A stretch of 23,594 nt of DNA from a virus. Lineage: Duplodnaviria > Heunggongvirae > Uroviricota > Caudoviricetes. Within the stretch, counting starts at the first letter, position 1. Each line of letters begins with the position of its first letter. The DNA is taken from IMG/VR virus record IMGVR_UViG_2563366837_000008. One strand, given 5' to 3'. The notes under the pieces are model-generated. The model was not told the DNA's origin. It saw only the letters and a program-made list of their open reading frames with translations, and did not search any database. This document shows positions 6,977 to 15,618 of this stretch, piece after piece. The translations under genes and the position numbers were made by a program.

Positions 6977-8059
6977 ATGAAAAAATTAACAGTGGCAATT
7001 TCTGCTGTAGCTGCATCAGTACTGATGGCGATGTCTGCTCAGGCAGCTGAAATTTATAATAAAGACAGTAACAAGCTGGATCTATACGGGAAAGTTAATG
7101 CCAAGCACTACTTCTCCTCTAATGATGCAGATGATGGTGATACTACTTATGCCCGTCTTGGCTTCAAAGGTGAAACCCAAATCAACGATCAACTGACTGG
7201 GTTCGGTCAGTGGGAATATGACTTCAAAGGCAACCGTGCTGAATCTCAAGGTTCTTCCAAAGACAAAACCCGTCTTGCATTTGCAGGCCTGAAATTTGGT
7301 GATTACGGCTCAATCGATTACGGCCGTAACTTCGGTGTAGCATACGACATCGGTGCGTGGACTGACGTCCTGCCAGAATTCGGTGGTGACACTTGGACTC
7401 AAACCGACGTGTTCATGACTCAACGTGCAACTGGTGTTGCAACTTATCGTAACAACGACTTCTTTGGTCTGGTCGATGGCCTGAACTTTGCTGCTCAGTA
7501 TCAGGGTAAAAATGACCGCACTGACGTAGCTGAAGCCAATGGTGATGGTTTCGGTTTCTCCACTACTTATGAGTATGAAGGATTCGGCGTGGGTGCAACC
7601 TATGCTAAATCAGATCGCACTGACGGTCAGGTCGCCTATGGTAAGAGCAAATTCAATGCCTCCGGCAAAAATGCGGAAGTATGGGCTGCAGGCCTGAAAT
7701 ATGATGCGAACAATATCTATCTGGCTACCACATATTCTGAAACTCAGAATATGACCGTTTTTGGTAATAACCATATTGCAAACAAAGCACAAAACTTTGA
7801 AGCAGTAGCACAATATCAGTTTGACTTCGGTCTGCGCCCATCTGTTGCTTACCTTCAGTCAAAAGGTAAAGACCTTGGTGTTCATGGTGACCGAGACTTA
7901 GTCAAGTATGTCGATGTCGGTGCTACTTACTACTTTAATAAAAACATGTCCACTTTTGTTGATTACAAAATCAACTTAATTGACGATAGTAAGTTTACCA
8001 AAACAGCTGGTATTGATACCGACGACATCGTCGCTGTAGGTCTGGTTTATCAGTTCTAA
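6977..8059 (+). CDS. nmpC: Prophage-encoded general porin of the OmpC/OmpF/PhoE family (NmpC/Lc-like), 360 aa with signal peptide
   Basis: [23 protein letters not shown] signal peptide then [16 protein letters not shown]... and C-terminal ...VAVGLVYQF; AGGG RBS 8 nt upstream. The track ORF starts 20 codons earlier (6917), which I reject. Opposite orientation just downstream of Q, as nmpC in DLP12. Confidence 0.85.
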   Translation: MKKLTVAISAVAASVLMAMSAQAAEIYNKDSNKLDLYGKVNAKHYFSSNDADDGDTTYARLGFKGETQINDQLTGFGQWEYDFKGNRAESQGSSKDKTRLAFAGLKFGDYGSIDYGRNFGVAYDIGAWTDVLPEFGGDTWTQTDVFMTQRATGVATYRNNDFFGLVDGLNFAAQYQGKNDRTDVAEANGDGFGFSTTYEYEGFGVGATYAKSDRTDGQVAYGKSKFNASGKNAEVWAAGLKYDANNIYLATTYSETQNMTVFGNNHIANKAQNFEAVAQYQFDFGLRPSVAYLQSKGKDLGVHGDRDLVKYVDVGATYYFNKNMSTFVDYKINLIDDSKFTKTAGIDTDDIVAVGLVYQF

Positions 8060-8076
8060 TCTGACTTACGAAAAAG

Positions 8077-8110
8077 ATATGTTGCGGGAGGCTTTGCCTC
8101 CGCAACATAT
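8077..8110 (-). terminator. tR'-like intrinsic terminator on the - strand (15-bp imperfect hairpin followed on the - strand by CTTTTT)
   Basis: ATATGTTGCGGGAGGC-TTT-GCCTCCGCAACATAT with a T-run at about 8071..8076 on the - strand; lies about 170 nt downstream of the Q stop, analogous to lambda tR' ending the short 6S leader. Confidence 0.45.
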
Positions 8111-8195
8111 AAGTGGAGCCCTCAAGCCACTTCCTTTAGAAGCACTACCTTGCTTCTTACTATATAAACCTTCTGTTATATATTACCCTTTATTT

Positions 8196-8220
8196 GGGGG
8201 CGTTTCCACGCCCCATTTTT
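8196..8220 (+). terminator. Rho-independent terminator on the + strand (GGGGCGT-TTCC-ACGCCCC followed by ATTTTT), downstream of the porin gene
   Basis: Perfect 7-bp stem plus T-run seen directly. Confidence 0.5.
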
Positions 8221-8246
8221 AATAACTTTTAGTAAACAATTGCATA

Positions 8247-8630
8247 TCAATTAGAATTATTAGCAACGATATCCATATCTAACCGGATATCTAATGCCAT
8301 TAACATCCCTTCAATTATGCCCTCAGCCTTCTGTAACCTTTTCCCGATATAACCATCCGAGCAGCAATGCTTACTTGCCAGTGACATGAATGTCATACCA
8401 CATACATAATAATCTACTAATAAATCGTGTAAATCGCTGTTGTTCTTTTTCAGACGGGCCATGCACCCGCAAATGATCATCGCGTCATCGTCACAACATT
8501 GCGGGCGAGATTTTACTTTTGAAGGAATTAATCCCTTAAAACCGGCAGCAATGGACGACCAGGTCACATCCTCATGATTATTTGCCGCCCATGCTCCCCA
8601 GCGTTCGAGAACCATCTGAATATCACGCAT
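8247..8630 (-). CDS. Q: Late-gene antiterminator Q (small PF06530-type, QuuD/QuuQ-like), 127 aa
   Basis: [35 protein letters not shown]...[16 protein letters not shown]; the track ORF starts at an upstream TTG (8645), the ATG at 8630 is the likely start; followed by a terminator-bounded leader, then late genes. Confidence 0.75.
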   Translation of the reverse strand: MRDIQMVLERWGAWAANNHEDVTWSSIAAGFKGLIPSKVKSRPQCCDDDAMIICGCMARLKKNNSDLHDLLVDYYVCGMTFMSLASKHCCSDGYIGKRLQKAEGIIEGMLMALDIRLDMDIVANNSN

Positions 8631-8647
8631 CAACTTTCTCCACAAAA

Positions 8648-9643
8648 TCAGGACAGCACACCAATCGCCAGCGCGCGATCGATAAAACGAAATATCAGCT
8701 CCAGTTGGGAACCATACTTCTCTTCAAATGCCACGGTATCCGCATGCAGTCCGTCATGGTGTTTTCTGCACAAAGGCAACACAAAAAGGTCATGCGCTTT
8801 TGTACCCATTCCACCCTAACCATGACCAATCAGGTGATGAGGATCGTCGGCTGGCTTACCACAACATGCACACGGCTGCGTCTTAACCCAGCGCGTGTAC
8901 TTTTCATTAACCCAGCGACGACGTTTGGGGCGTAACATAAAAGACTCCGGCGACTCCGGATCCACTTTCAGCGCCAGCACCTTTTTCGCCTTATCCCGGA
9001 TGATGCTGGTGGCAGGAACCGAAGGCACAAGGTCACTTTCCCGGGTGACAGACGGCACAACAGGCTTCGGTAATCTCAGTGCCTTACGGGCTGCACTTTC
9101 CGGTAAGGCATCCGCCAGGTCATTACGAACCAGCCACCAGCACAGTTCCGGCATTGTCACAACGTGGCTGTCATCAAAACCGAGATCACGACGGACTACG
9201 GACAACACCCAGCGGGCACAGTTATCCGTTGCCATTGATTCCAGACGTTCCGTGAACTGATCGCGAAGCAGGTTATCGCAGTGCCAGCACAGACGGATTG
9301 CGCCCGGCGCGTGTCGCATTGTGGTCATGTTCTCGCTGTGCCATCCGGAATGAGGCCACTGGCAGCCTTTTTCACGAAGTAACCAGCTCTCAAGGCATTC
9401 CACGCCACCAGCACGACGGATCACCGCCTCATGGCGGAACACGGCCCGAACGGCAGGATCATCCGCCAGCGGTTGTGATGCTGCCGGAACGGCACCACTG
9501 GCAAAAGATGAATAACGTTCCGGCTCAGGCTCCAGCAGGACACGCCCCTGCATAAACAGGGGCATCAGCTCTGAACCGGGTCTGAACAAGACGATCCCCA
9601 TACGCGGGGCAATTTCAGGGGTCAGCAGTGCTCTCACGGTCAC
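8648..9643 (-). pseudogene. DUF968 (YdfU-like) prophage protein interrupted by an in-frame TAG at 8816..8818
   Basis: The track ORF ends ...CCGKPADDPHHLIGHG at TAG; the same frame continues for 55 codons ([55 protein letters not shown]) to a TGA at 8648..8650, just before Q. Hand-translated. Confidence 0.65.
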
Positions 9644-9689
9644 CTCAGCGAACGGTATTGCATGAACGCAGGAGAAAAAAATTCAGCCA

Positions 9690-9947
9690 TCACGCAGTAA
9701 ACTCCTTCACCAGCGTTTCAAACTGGCTTACCTGTCCTTCCAGTTCCGCCACGCAATCCACCAGCTCATCCACCGCCTTTTGTGTGCGGTGTTTTGCCTG
9801 CAGCAGATCACGAAGCGCCGGAGTAAGCTGCTTGCGGAGCGTATCTTTTTTCACGCTCGTTTTTTCCATCTGTTCAGCACAACGAAGCATCTCCTGCGCC
9901 TGCCGACGAAGTTGTTCCGGTGAAACAGTGATTGTTCTGTTGTTCAA
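9690..9947 (-). CDS. Hypothetical protein, 85 aa, predicted coiled-coil, between helicase and DUF968
   Basis: 4-bp start/stop overlap with the upstream helicase gene (translational coupling); no recognisable domain. Confidence 0.5.
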   Translation of the reverse strand: MNNRTITVSPEQLRRQAQEMLRCAEQMEKTSVKKDTLRKQLTPALRDLLQAKHRTQKAVDELVDCVAELEGQVSQFETLVKEFTA

Positions 9948-11344
9948 AATAAACGCTCCGTTTTACTGCCCGACATGCGGTTATTGCTGTATCTGCGCGG
10001 ATTGCCCGGCGTCATGGGTGTGGAAAGAACCCGGGCACTCTCCTGGTCCACAGGCAGAAAATGTCCGTTATGAAAACGCCGGTAAATGGTCCCGAGTGTG
10101 CCATTACGCTGTTTCGTGATGTTGATTTCTGCTATGCCTCTGGCCTGTGTATCCGGGTTATACACCTCATCCCTGTAAAGCATCAGAATGATGTCGGCAT
10201 CAGCCTCTATTTCCCCGGAGTTTTTCAGGTCTGAGTTCATGGGACGTTTATTGGGTCTGGATTCCACGCCTCGGGAGAGCTGGCTCAGAGCAATCAGCGG
10301 GAAACCGCCGGATTTTGCCAGGCTTTTAAGTCCCTTTGAGATTTCCCCCACAGCAAGGTCGTGACGCCCCGTGCTGCGGGTTTTAATCAGACCGAGGTAA
10401 TCGACCACCACCAGCGCCGTTTCCGGGTGTTTCATCCGGTGGTGCTTCGTGGTTGCACATATCTCATCAATGGTCAGGTTTGCCTGATCCACCATCCAGA
10501 TATTACGCCCCGTCATTCGTCCCACGCCCTGCGAGAAACGCGCCCAGTCTTCATCTTCAAAACGGGCAACAGACTTAAGACGGGATACCGGCATTCCACC
10601 GGCAGCAGACACCATACGTTCACCAATCTGGATGTTCGCCATCTCCATGGTGAACAGAAGCACGCCATGCCCCTGCTCAGTCACCTTGTCGATGATGTCC
10701 AGCGCAAGTTCGGTTTTCCCCATCGAAGGACGGGCGGCAATGAATACCAGGTCACCGGGCTCCATACCGCCCGTTTTTGCGTCCAGTTCATCAATACCGG
10801 TCATCAGCGCCCTGGATTTCTCCAGTCCCTGATTGCGGCATTCAACACGGTCGACCACTTCCGGAAGGACATCATCAATGTGAACCGGCTGAATGACGCC
10901 CTTTCCGGTCGACAGTGAGGCCATCATGTTCTGCACATCCTTCAGGGCATCCTCGGCTGCTTCACAGGTATACGCATCACGTAAATTCTGTAATGCTTCA
11001 GTCAGTGTTTTTTCTGCATCGCGCAGTGCGGCATTGCGCCGCAACGCTGCGACATAGTGCTCCAGTGAAGACTTCACCCAGGTTTTGCGTCCGGTGTCGG
11101 TAATCACCGGGGCAAGTTCCGGCATCTCATTGCACAGCAGTACGGGGTCAATGACGCCGGATATGCGAGCCTGTCTGCAAATCCCCGCGTAAATATCCCG
11201 GTACTGACGCACAAAAAATACATCCGCCGGAAGTGTGGCCAGAATATCCATCACTTCCGGATCGGCCCCACGCAGAAAAAACGCACCGATGACAGCGCCT
11301 TCCAGGTCATCGTTACGCCATGCCGGGGTGTTCTGGCTGGTCAT
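9944..11344 (-). CDS. Replicative DNA helicase, DnaB family, 466 aa
   Basis: Walker A AARPSMGKTELALD, Walker B-like LVVVDYLGLI, and DnaB-like N-terminal domain; 4-bp overlap with the upstream loader gene. Confidence 0.85.
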   Translation of the reverse strand: MTSQNTPAWRNDDLEGAVIGAFFLRGADPEVMDILATLPADVFFVRQYRDIYAGICRQARISGVIDPVLLCNEMPELAPVITDTGRKTWVKSSLEHYVAALRRNAALRDAEKTLTEALQNLRDAYTCEAAEDALKDVQNMMASLSTGKGVIQPVHIDDVLPEVVDRVECRNQGLEKSRALMTGIDELDAKTGGMEPGDLVFIAARPSMGKTELALDIIDKVTEQGHGVLLFTMEMANIQIGERMVSAAGGMPVSRLKSVARFEDEDWARFSQGVGRMTGRNIWMVDQANLTIDEICATTKHHRMKHPETALVVVDYLGLIKTRSTGRHDLAVGEISKGLKSLAKSGGFPLIALSQLSRGVESRPNKRPMNSDLKNSGEIEADADIILMLYRDEVYNPDTQARGIAEINITKQRNGTLGTIYRRFHNGHFLPVDQESARVLSTPMTPGNPRRYSNNRMSGSKTERLF

Positions 11345-12249
11345 GCGGCAACACCTCCGATACGAGAACGGTAGCTGGGCCAGTTAAACGACAACCAGTT
11401 GCGCCCGCCATCGGTGATCCTGTCGGCAATCCGGGGACTGATGAACGCCCACAATTCTTCCGGTGAAAGGTTGCTGATCAGGATAGTTGGCAAAATACCC
11501 TCATACCGGGCATTGATAATTTCCTGCAAAATGGCCATTTCAGCCGCACTGCCAAACTGAACGCCGACTTCGTCGACAATCAGCAAATCCAGTGACGCAT
11601 AATGCTCAATGACGTCATCCGCTGTTTTTTCACTGTCATTCCGCCAGCAGTTTTTCACAGCCCGGGTAAGGCGCATCACGTCGGTGATCTCCACACTGGC
11701 CAGATAGTTACGGATGATGTGTTTTGCCATTGATACCGCCAGATGATTTTTCCCGGTACCGCAACTGCCGGTCATAACAAGACTGGTACCGTTCTCCAGC
11801 ATATCTGGCCAGTTCTCCGCATAGCGGCGACAGGCCGCAAGATTTCTGGCTGCGTCAGGATTAACCTCCAGATAATTATCAAACTCGCAGTCCCGAAAAC
11901 GCAGAGCAATTCCGGCGTTATCAGTCAGTTCTTCCGCCTTGAGGGACGACAGTTCCATGGTCAAATCACTGGCCTCAGCGATCAAGCAGTCAGGGCAGCA
12001 TGAAATTTTTTCTCTGTCCTCGCCATTACGATCGATCCACACCAGTATATGCGTACGATATTTACCGTGTTTTTCGCAATATCCGCGACCTTCACGCATC
12101 AGGCAGGAACGATAAGGCCATGGCTTTTCGCCCTTCTGAGCAAATGCAATCTCTGCCCGTAACTCATCCATTTCTGCCCGTAACTCATCCATTCGCGCCT
12201 GTAGTCTTGTTTGTTTCTCACGTTGGTCAATCGTCATCATCGCTGTCAC
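11341..12249 (-). CDS. DnaC/IstB-like AAA+ helicase loader, 302 aa
   Basis: Walker A GSCGTGKNHLA, Walker B LLIVDEVG; N-terminal coiled-coil and Cys-rich region; contains a 21-bp in-frame tandem duplication (MDELRAE x2). Confidence 0.85.
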   Translation of the reverse strand: MTAMMTIDQREKQTRLQARMDELRAEMDELRAEIAFAQKGEKPWPYRSCLMREGRGYCEKHGKYRTHILVWIDRNGEDREKISCCPDCLIAEASDLTMELSSLKAEELTDNAGIALRFRDCEFDNYLEVNPDAARNLAACRRYAENWPDMLENGTSLVMTGSCGTGKNHLAVSMAKHIIRNYLASVEITDVMRLTRAVKNCWRNDSEKTADDVIEHYASLDLLIVDEVGVQFGSAAEMAILQEIINARYEGILPTILISNLSPEELWAFISPRIADRITDGGRNWLSFNWPSYRSRIGGVAA

Positions 12250-12250
12250 C

Positions 12251-13243
12251 TCAGAATGTCAATTTGTTACTGGATTTACCGAATTTGTCAGACATGGCTC
12301 CCAGGCCAGCCAGGACATCGACCTGTCGCTGTCGCCCACCTCCGTGAGCGGCTGGCTGTTGCCAGTAATCTTCGAAGTGACGATCGGGTCCAAAGAACGT
12401 CGCAGCCTGCTTCACGAACTGTGTGCCGGTATTTCCTGTAGCACGTACCCAGGCGGCATACCGCTTCACGCCATCAAGCATGGTCTCCGGTTTTATTCCC
12501 TCCCTGATACGGGCTTTCCAGGCTTTGAAGGCTGCTGACTTGGAATTGCCACCAGCACGTTTGGGATATTCCTGCCAGGCCTGTTCAAATTCCGATGAAT
12601 ATTCCTGTCGGGCAGAACGCGCTGGCGCAGACGCGTCAGCGGATGCATCAATAGTGTTTTTAGTCTCCGTTGTAATCTCTGTAGTAATCTCTGTATTTGT
12701 ATCAACATTCGGCGTATCCCCTGTTCCGTTATGACGTCGGGGGGTGTTCCGTTTTAACGTAATAGCTGTATCGCTGATTGCATTATTGCTGTTACTTTCT
12801 GGCGAAACAGAAGAAGGTGTGGTGATGGCCGCAATTGCCTGTGGGTTGATCCCGACAAACAAAATATTGCTGCATTTCACCCCATCGAGCATTTCCACCG
12901 TGCGTAAATCCAGAGTAATAAACCCTGCATCGCGCAGACGCTTCAGCGCATCTGCGGTTTCCCTTTTCCCGAAACCAAACTGCTCAGCAAACGCCTGGTA
13001 GCTTCTTTGCAGTTTGTCGCCCTGAAAACGCTTGCGATATCCCAGCAACGCTCCGGTGTGCTCATCCCTGACCTCTGTCGGGCGGTACCAGTAAACGATC
13101 TCTGAAAGCAGAGCGATAGCCGTCGCATCCGGACGCCCACTGGGTAGTCGAATATATTTCCACCAGTTCGCAGGTGTAACATTGCCGGAAATATTAATTT
13201 GACCAATAGCCATAACTTCCGGTGTGGGGGCGTAACGGCTCAT
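12251..13243 (-). CDS. Replication initiation protein, YdaU/DUF1376-like, 330 aa
   Basis: Position directly upstream of the loader and helicase; C-terminal region EFEQAWQEYPKRAGGNSKSAAFKAWKARI resembles DUF1376 from memory; iteron-like repeats inside the gene. Confidence 0.65.
   Translation of the reverse strand: MSRYAPTPEVMAIGQINISGNVTPANWWKYIRLPSGRPDATAIALLSEIVYWYRPTEVRDEHTGALLGYRKRFQGDKLQRSYQAFAEQFGFGKRETADALKRLRDAGFITLDLRTVEMLDGVKCSNILFVGINPQAIAAITTPSSVSPESNSNNAISDTAITLKRNTPRRHNGTGDTPNVDTNTEITTEITTETKNTIDASADASAPARSARQEYSSEFEQAWQEYPKRAGGNSKSAAFKAWKARIREGIKPETMLDGVKRYAAWVRATGNTGTQFVKQAATFFGPDRHFEDYWQQPAAHGGGRQRQVDVLAGLGAMSDKFGKSSNKLTF
12660..12700. repeat. Iteron-like short direct repeats inside the initiator gene (2 perfect 12-bp copies GTAATCTCTGTA plus degenerate flanking copies); candidate ori
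   Basis: Tandem GTAATCTCTGTA at 12672..12683 and 12684..12695, flanked by similar GTCTCCGTTG and TTTGTATCAAC; encodes TEITTEITTE in the protein. Confidence 0.3.
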
Positions 13244-13539
13244 ACAACCTCCTTCCGCGGCATGAGAATTGTGTAGCCACGCGCAGGTTGTAGTCTGGCT
13301 TTTGCATCAATAGTAAGCGTTGCAATTTTTCGGATATGAAGATAACCAGCTCTTTCCAGTGCCAGGGTTTCCCTGAATATCGCTTGCTTAGAACAACAGC
13401 AGAAATCAGCAAGCACCTGATGATCAATAACTCTCTCGCCTTCACCGTCTGAAGAACCCGACATCAAAACACGCAACATAATCAGGCGCTGAATCGGGTT
13501 ATCGAAAGCACATCCGCACACAAACTGAAAACAGTTCAC
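13240..13539 (-). CDS. Hypothetical protein, 99 aa, possible winged-helix DNA-binding fold
   Basis: 4-bp overlaps with both neighbours; segment VIDHQVLADFCCCSKQAIFRETLALERAGYLHIRK looks winged-helix-like; no firm family assignment. Confidence 0.5.
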   Translation of the reverse strand: MNCFQFVCGCAFDNPIQRLIMLRVLMSGSSDGEGERVIDHQVLADFCCCSKQAIFRETLALERAGYLHIRKIATLTIDAKARLQPARGYTILMPRKEVV

Positions 13540-13760
13540 GCCACACCTCCCAGACGCTTAAACATTTTTCCAGACAGAAATACCGCCAGAGGGTAACTGA
13601 TGGTGTAGCTACGCCCCTGTAGTTCGCACACGACTTTCTGGCTTTCAGCGTTGACTAGGCAAACCCGCAGAACGTGACCGTTGCTGGTGGCGAACCACTG
13701 CCCCACACGGGGGCAACGGTTGTATCGGTGATACAGGGAATTAACGATGTGGCGGATCAT
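13536..13760 (-). CDS. Hypothetical protein, 74 aa
   Basis: ORF with 4-bp start/stop overlaps on both sides, consistent with a translationally coupled operon member. Confidence 0.5.
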   Translation of the reverse strand: MIRHIVNSLYHRYNRCPRVGQWFATSNGHVLRVCLVNAESQKVVCELQGRSYTISYPLAVFLSGKMFKRLGGVA

Positions 13761-13951
13761 GGACGCACCTCCACCGTAGTTACGTATTTAACCGGGCTAC
13801 CTTTCATTGAGATGGTTTCACACATCTCTGCCGCTTTCAGTTCCGCTGTTTTTCTGGATTTATAGCGACGGTGCCAGACAGATACATCCGTGCGAACTGA
13901 TACATCGTTTCTGTATTCCGTAGTGGAGATGATGATTTCGTAACTAATCAT
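13757..13951 (-). CDS. Hypothetical protein, 64 aa
   Basis: ORF with 4-bp overlaps with the upstream Rha gene and the downstream gene. Confidence 0.5.
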   Translation of the reverse strand: MISYEIIISTTEYRNDVSVRTDVSVWHRRYKSRKTAELKAAEMCETISMKGSPVKYVTTVEVRP

Positions 13952-14802
13952 GGGCGAACCTCCTTGTCAGAACCATTCAGCCTGGAATCAACAAGTGCAG
14001 CGCCAAAAACAGCATCACCAACACGGTCGTACAGTTTGCTAGCCAGCGGAGATTCAACGGCCTTAAGCATTGGATAAAGCTGGCTTGTCCAGATTTGATG
14101 GATTTCACGCAAATGCAGGTATACGCCTCTGGCGTTTCGTGCGACAGCTGACATATCAGACGCATCGGCACCTGATAAACTCTTCTCCATCAGGTTAAAG
14201 GCGTTGATGTATGCCTCTTTGAACCGGGCAGCACGTTTACCAGTGAAGCCCATGGCAAGGAACGCGAAGCCATCGCGGGTGATTTGATAGCAAGGTAGTT
14301 TGCGGCCTGATGCGTCGGTGTATTCACTTAACACAAAATTGTGTTCAGTAAATTCAGCGGAACATTCGAGGTTTCTAATTCTATCTAAAACCCGCTCATG
14401 CCGTTTAGTAAAGTAATTAGCTACTGCAAGAGATGTGGTGACAACGCGACCATTGATAATCGTGATTTCAGGGTGAGATTGGGTTGGGAGAGTAGTCATG
14501 GTGACAGCCCCTATGTTGAATTCAATGAACTCACCACCAAGGCTTTCCACGACCATATAGGTGGTGAGACGTACAGGGGTGGAAATACCGGTCAACATAG
14601 AACCCGGCCCAACCGAAGTTGGCCCTGCACGCCCCACCATAATTTGGGCGTAACGATGCTCATGACACGAAAAAACCGCATGAGCGCGGTTGTGCTCTAT
14701 ATTGAATTTCGGGTTTCCACGCCCGGCACCCGCTTTATAAGGTGCCTGAGCAGTGTAACGTCCCGGAATTGCAGAATCAATATTTGGTCTTGAAATGATC
14801 AT
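13948..14802 (-). CDS. Phage regulatory protein Rha family (Phage_pRha domain in the C-terminal half); start uncertain, 284 aa from 14802 or 183 aa from 14499
   Basis: Rha-like block VVTTSLAVANYFTKRHERVLDRIRNL...YTDASGRKLPCYQITRDGFAFLAMGFTGKRAARFKEAYINAFNLME; the internal ATG at 14499 has a strong AGGGG RBS, the ATG at 14802 has none. Confidence 0.7.
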   Translation of the reverse strand: MIISRPNIDSAIPGRYTAQAPYKAGAGRGNPKFNIEHNRAHAVFSCHEHRYAQIMVGRAGPTSVGPGSMLTGISTPVRLTTYMVVESLGGEFIEFNIGAVTMTTLPTQSHPEITIINGRVVTTSLAVANYFTKRHERVLDRIRNLECSAEFTEHNFVLSEYTDASGRKLPCYQITRDGFAFLAMGFTGKRAARFKEAYINAFNLMEKSLSGADASDMSAVARNARGVYLHLREIHQIWTSQLYPMLKAVESPLASKLYDRVGDAVFGAALVDSRLNGSDKEVRP

Positions 14803-14825
14803 ATAGCTGCTGATATCTTTAGAAC

Positions 14826-14911
14826 TGTTCTTGGATGTTTCGGAGCCGTTTTATGCGAAACAGCTCCCCGTTATTGATGTTGAGTGAGCCGGGTTACTCC
14901 CGGCTTTTTTT
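14826..14911 (+). ncRNA. Candidate OOP-like antisense small RNA, about 85 nt, ending at the + strand terminator
   Basis: Putative promoter TTGAAA (14790..14795), 18-bp spacer, TATCTT (14814..19), then an internal stem-loop (GGAGC...GCTCC) and the terminator; architecture and antisense position resemble lambda OOP. Inference only. Confidence 0.3.
14887..14911 (+). terminator. Rho-independent terminator on the + strand (AGCCGGG-TTACT-CCCGGCT followed by TTTTTTT), antisense to the pR operon
   Basis: Perfect 7-bp stem plus 7-T run; the T-run overlaps the stop codon of the upstream - strand gene. Confidence 0.5.
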
Positions 14912-15618
14912 CATCGCTGCCAACCAATAACCTGAAATAACCCCATTTTCGGGTGATACCAGCGAGTCCCTCGCGGTTCTGCTTCCTCCATAACCCGATA
15001 AAAAGCAGCCATAAACGGTTCCACAGCAACAATTGCGCGACGTGACAACAATCCGTCCGGCGTCATGAACTCATGTGTGTCTGTAGGAATTTGATAGGCG
15101 TTCACCAGATTGCGGCATTTATCATCTGACAAACCGGTTTTTGCTTTCAGTTGGCGATATCCGGCATAGCCCTCACGAATAGTGCCCTTTTTAATTTGCT
15201 CGACTGTTTCAGCAACGTGGCTGACTTTTTCTTCCACCTGAGTGATCCGTTTCTGTTGGCGAACGGCTTCAAGAGCCATCGCGGCAACCATTTCGATTTC
15301 GCTCATTGGCTTACGGATCTGTTCTTCCAGTTCGCGCCAGCGATCTACCAGGCAAGCTGTGAATTCAGGACAGAGCTGTGCGACGACAATGATGCTGTCG
15401 CGCTTACCTCGTTCACCTTCGAATACATACGCGCTAGAAAATCGGCGAGGCCCAAGTGATTGTTTATTCTCAATTTCCACAGTCTGTGGAAATTGGATGA
15501 TTCCCTTTTTAGCCAGTGTTTCAATAGTTCTCTTAACACTATCTGGTCGGCTTCCCACCAACTCTGCGATCTCAACGCTGGTCATGGATGCTTTGCCGTT
15601 AAAAATTGCGGTGTTCAT
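14911..15618 (-). CDS. Phage regulatory / antirepressor-like protein with N-terminal HTH-type DNA-binding domain (Rha/ORF6N-like), 235 aa
   Basis: N-terminus MTSVEIAELVGSRPDSVKRTIETLAKKGII; strong AGGAGA RBS; first large gene downstream of the divergent operator region. Confidence 0.6.
   Translation of the reverse strand: MNTAIFNGKASMTSVEIAELVGSRPDSVKRTIETLAKKGIIQFPQTVEIENKQSLGPRRFSSAYVFEGERGKRDSIIVVAQLCPEFTACLVDRWRELEEQIRKPMSEIEMVAAMALEAVRQQKRITQVEEKVSHVAETVEQIKKGTIREGYAGYRQLKAKTGLSDDKCRNLVNAYQIPTDTHEFMTPDGLLSRRAIVAVEPFMAAFYRVMEEAEPRGTRWYHPKMGLFQVIGWQR

Noticed and set aside
9298-11103. + strand ORFs antisense to the DUF968, 85-aa and DnaB-like genes
   Set aside because: Nested antisense to strongly supported, translationally coupled - strand genes; low-complexity Ser/Arg/His-rich translations.
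14398-14793. 131-aa + strand ORF antisense to the 5' part of the Rha-family gene
   Set aside because: Arg/His/Asn-rich, low-complexity composition and no RBS; the region is better explained by the Rha gene N-terminal extension and/or the candidate antisense RNA. Not fully excluded.
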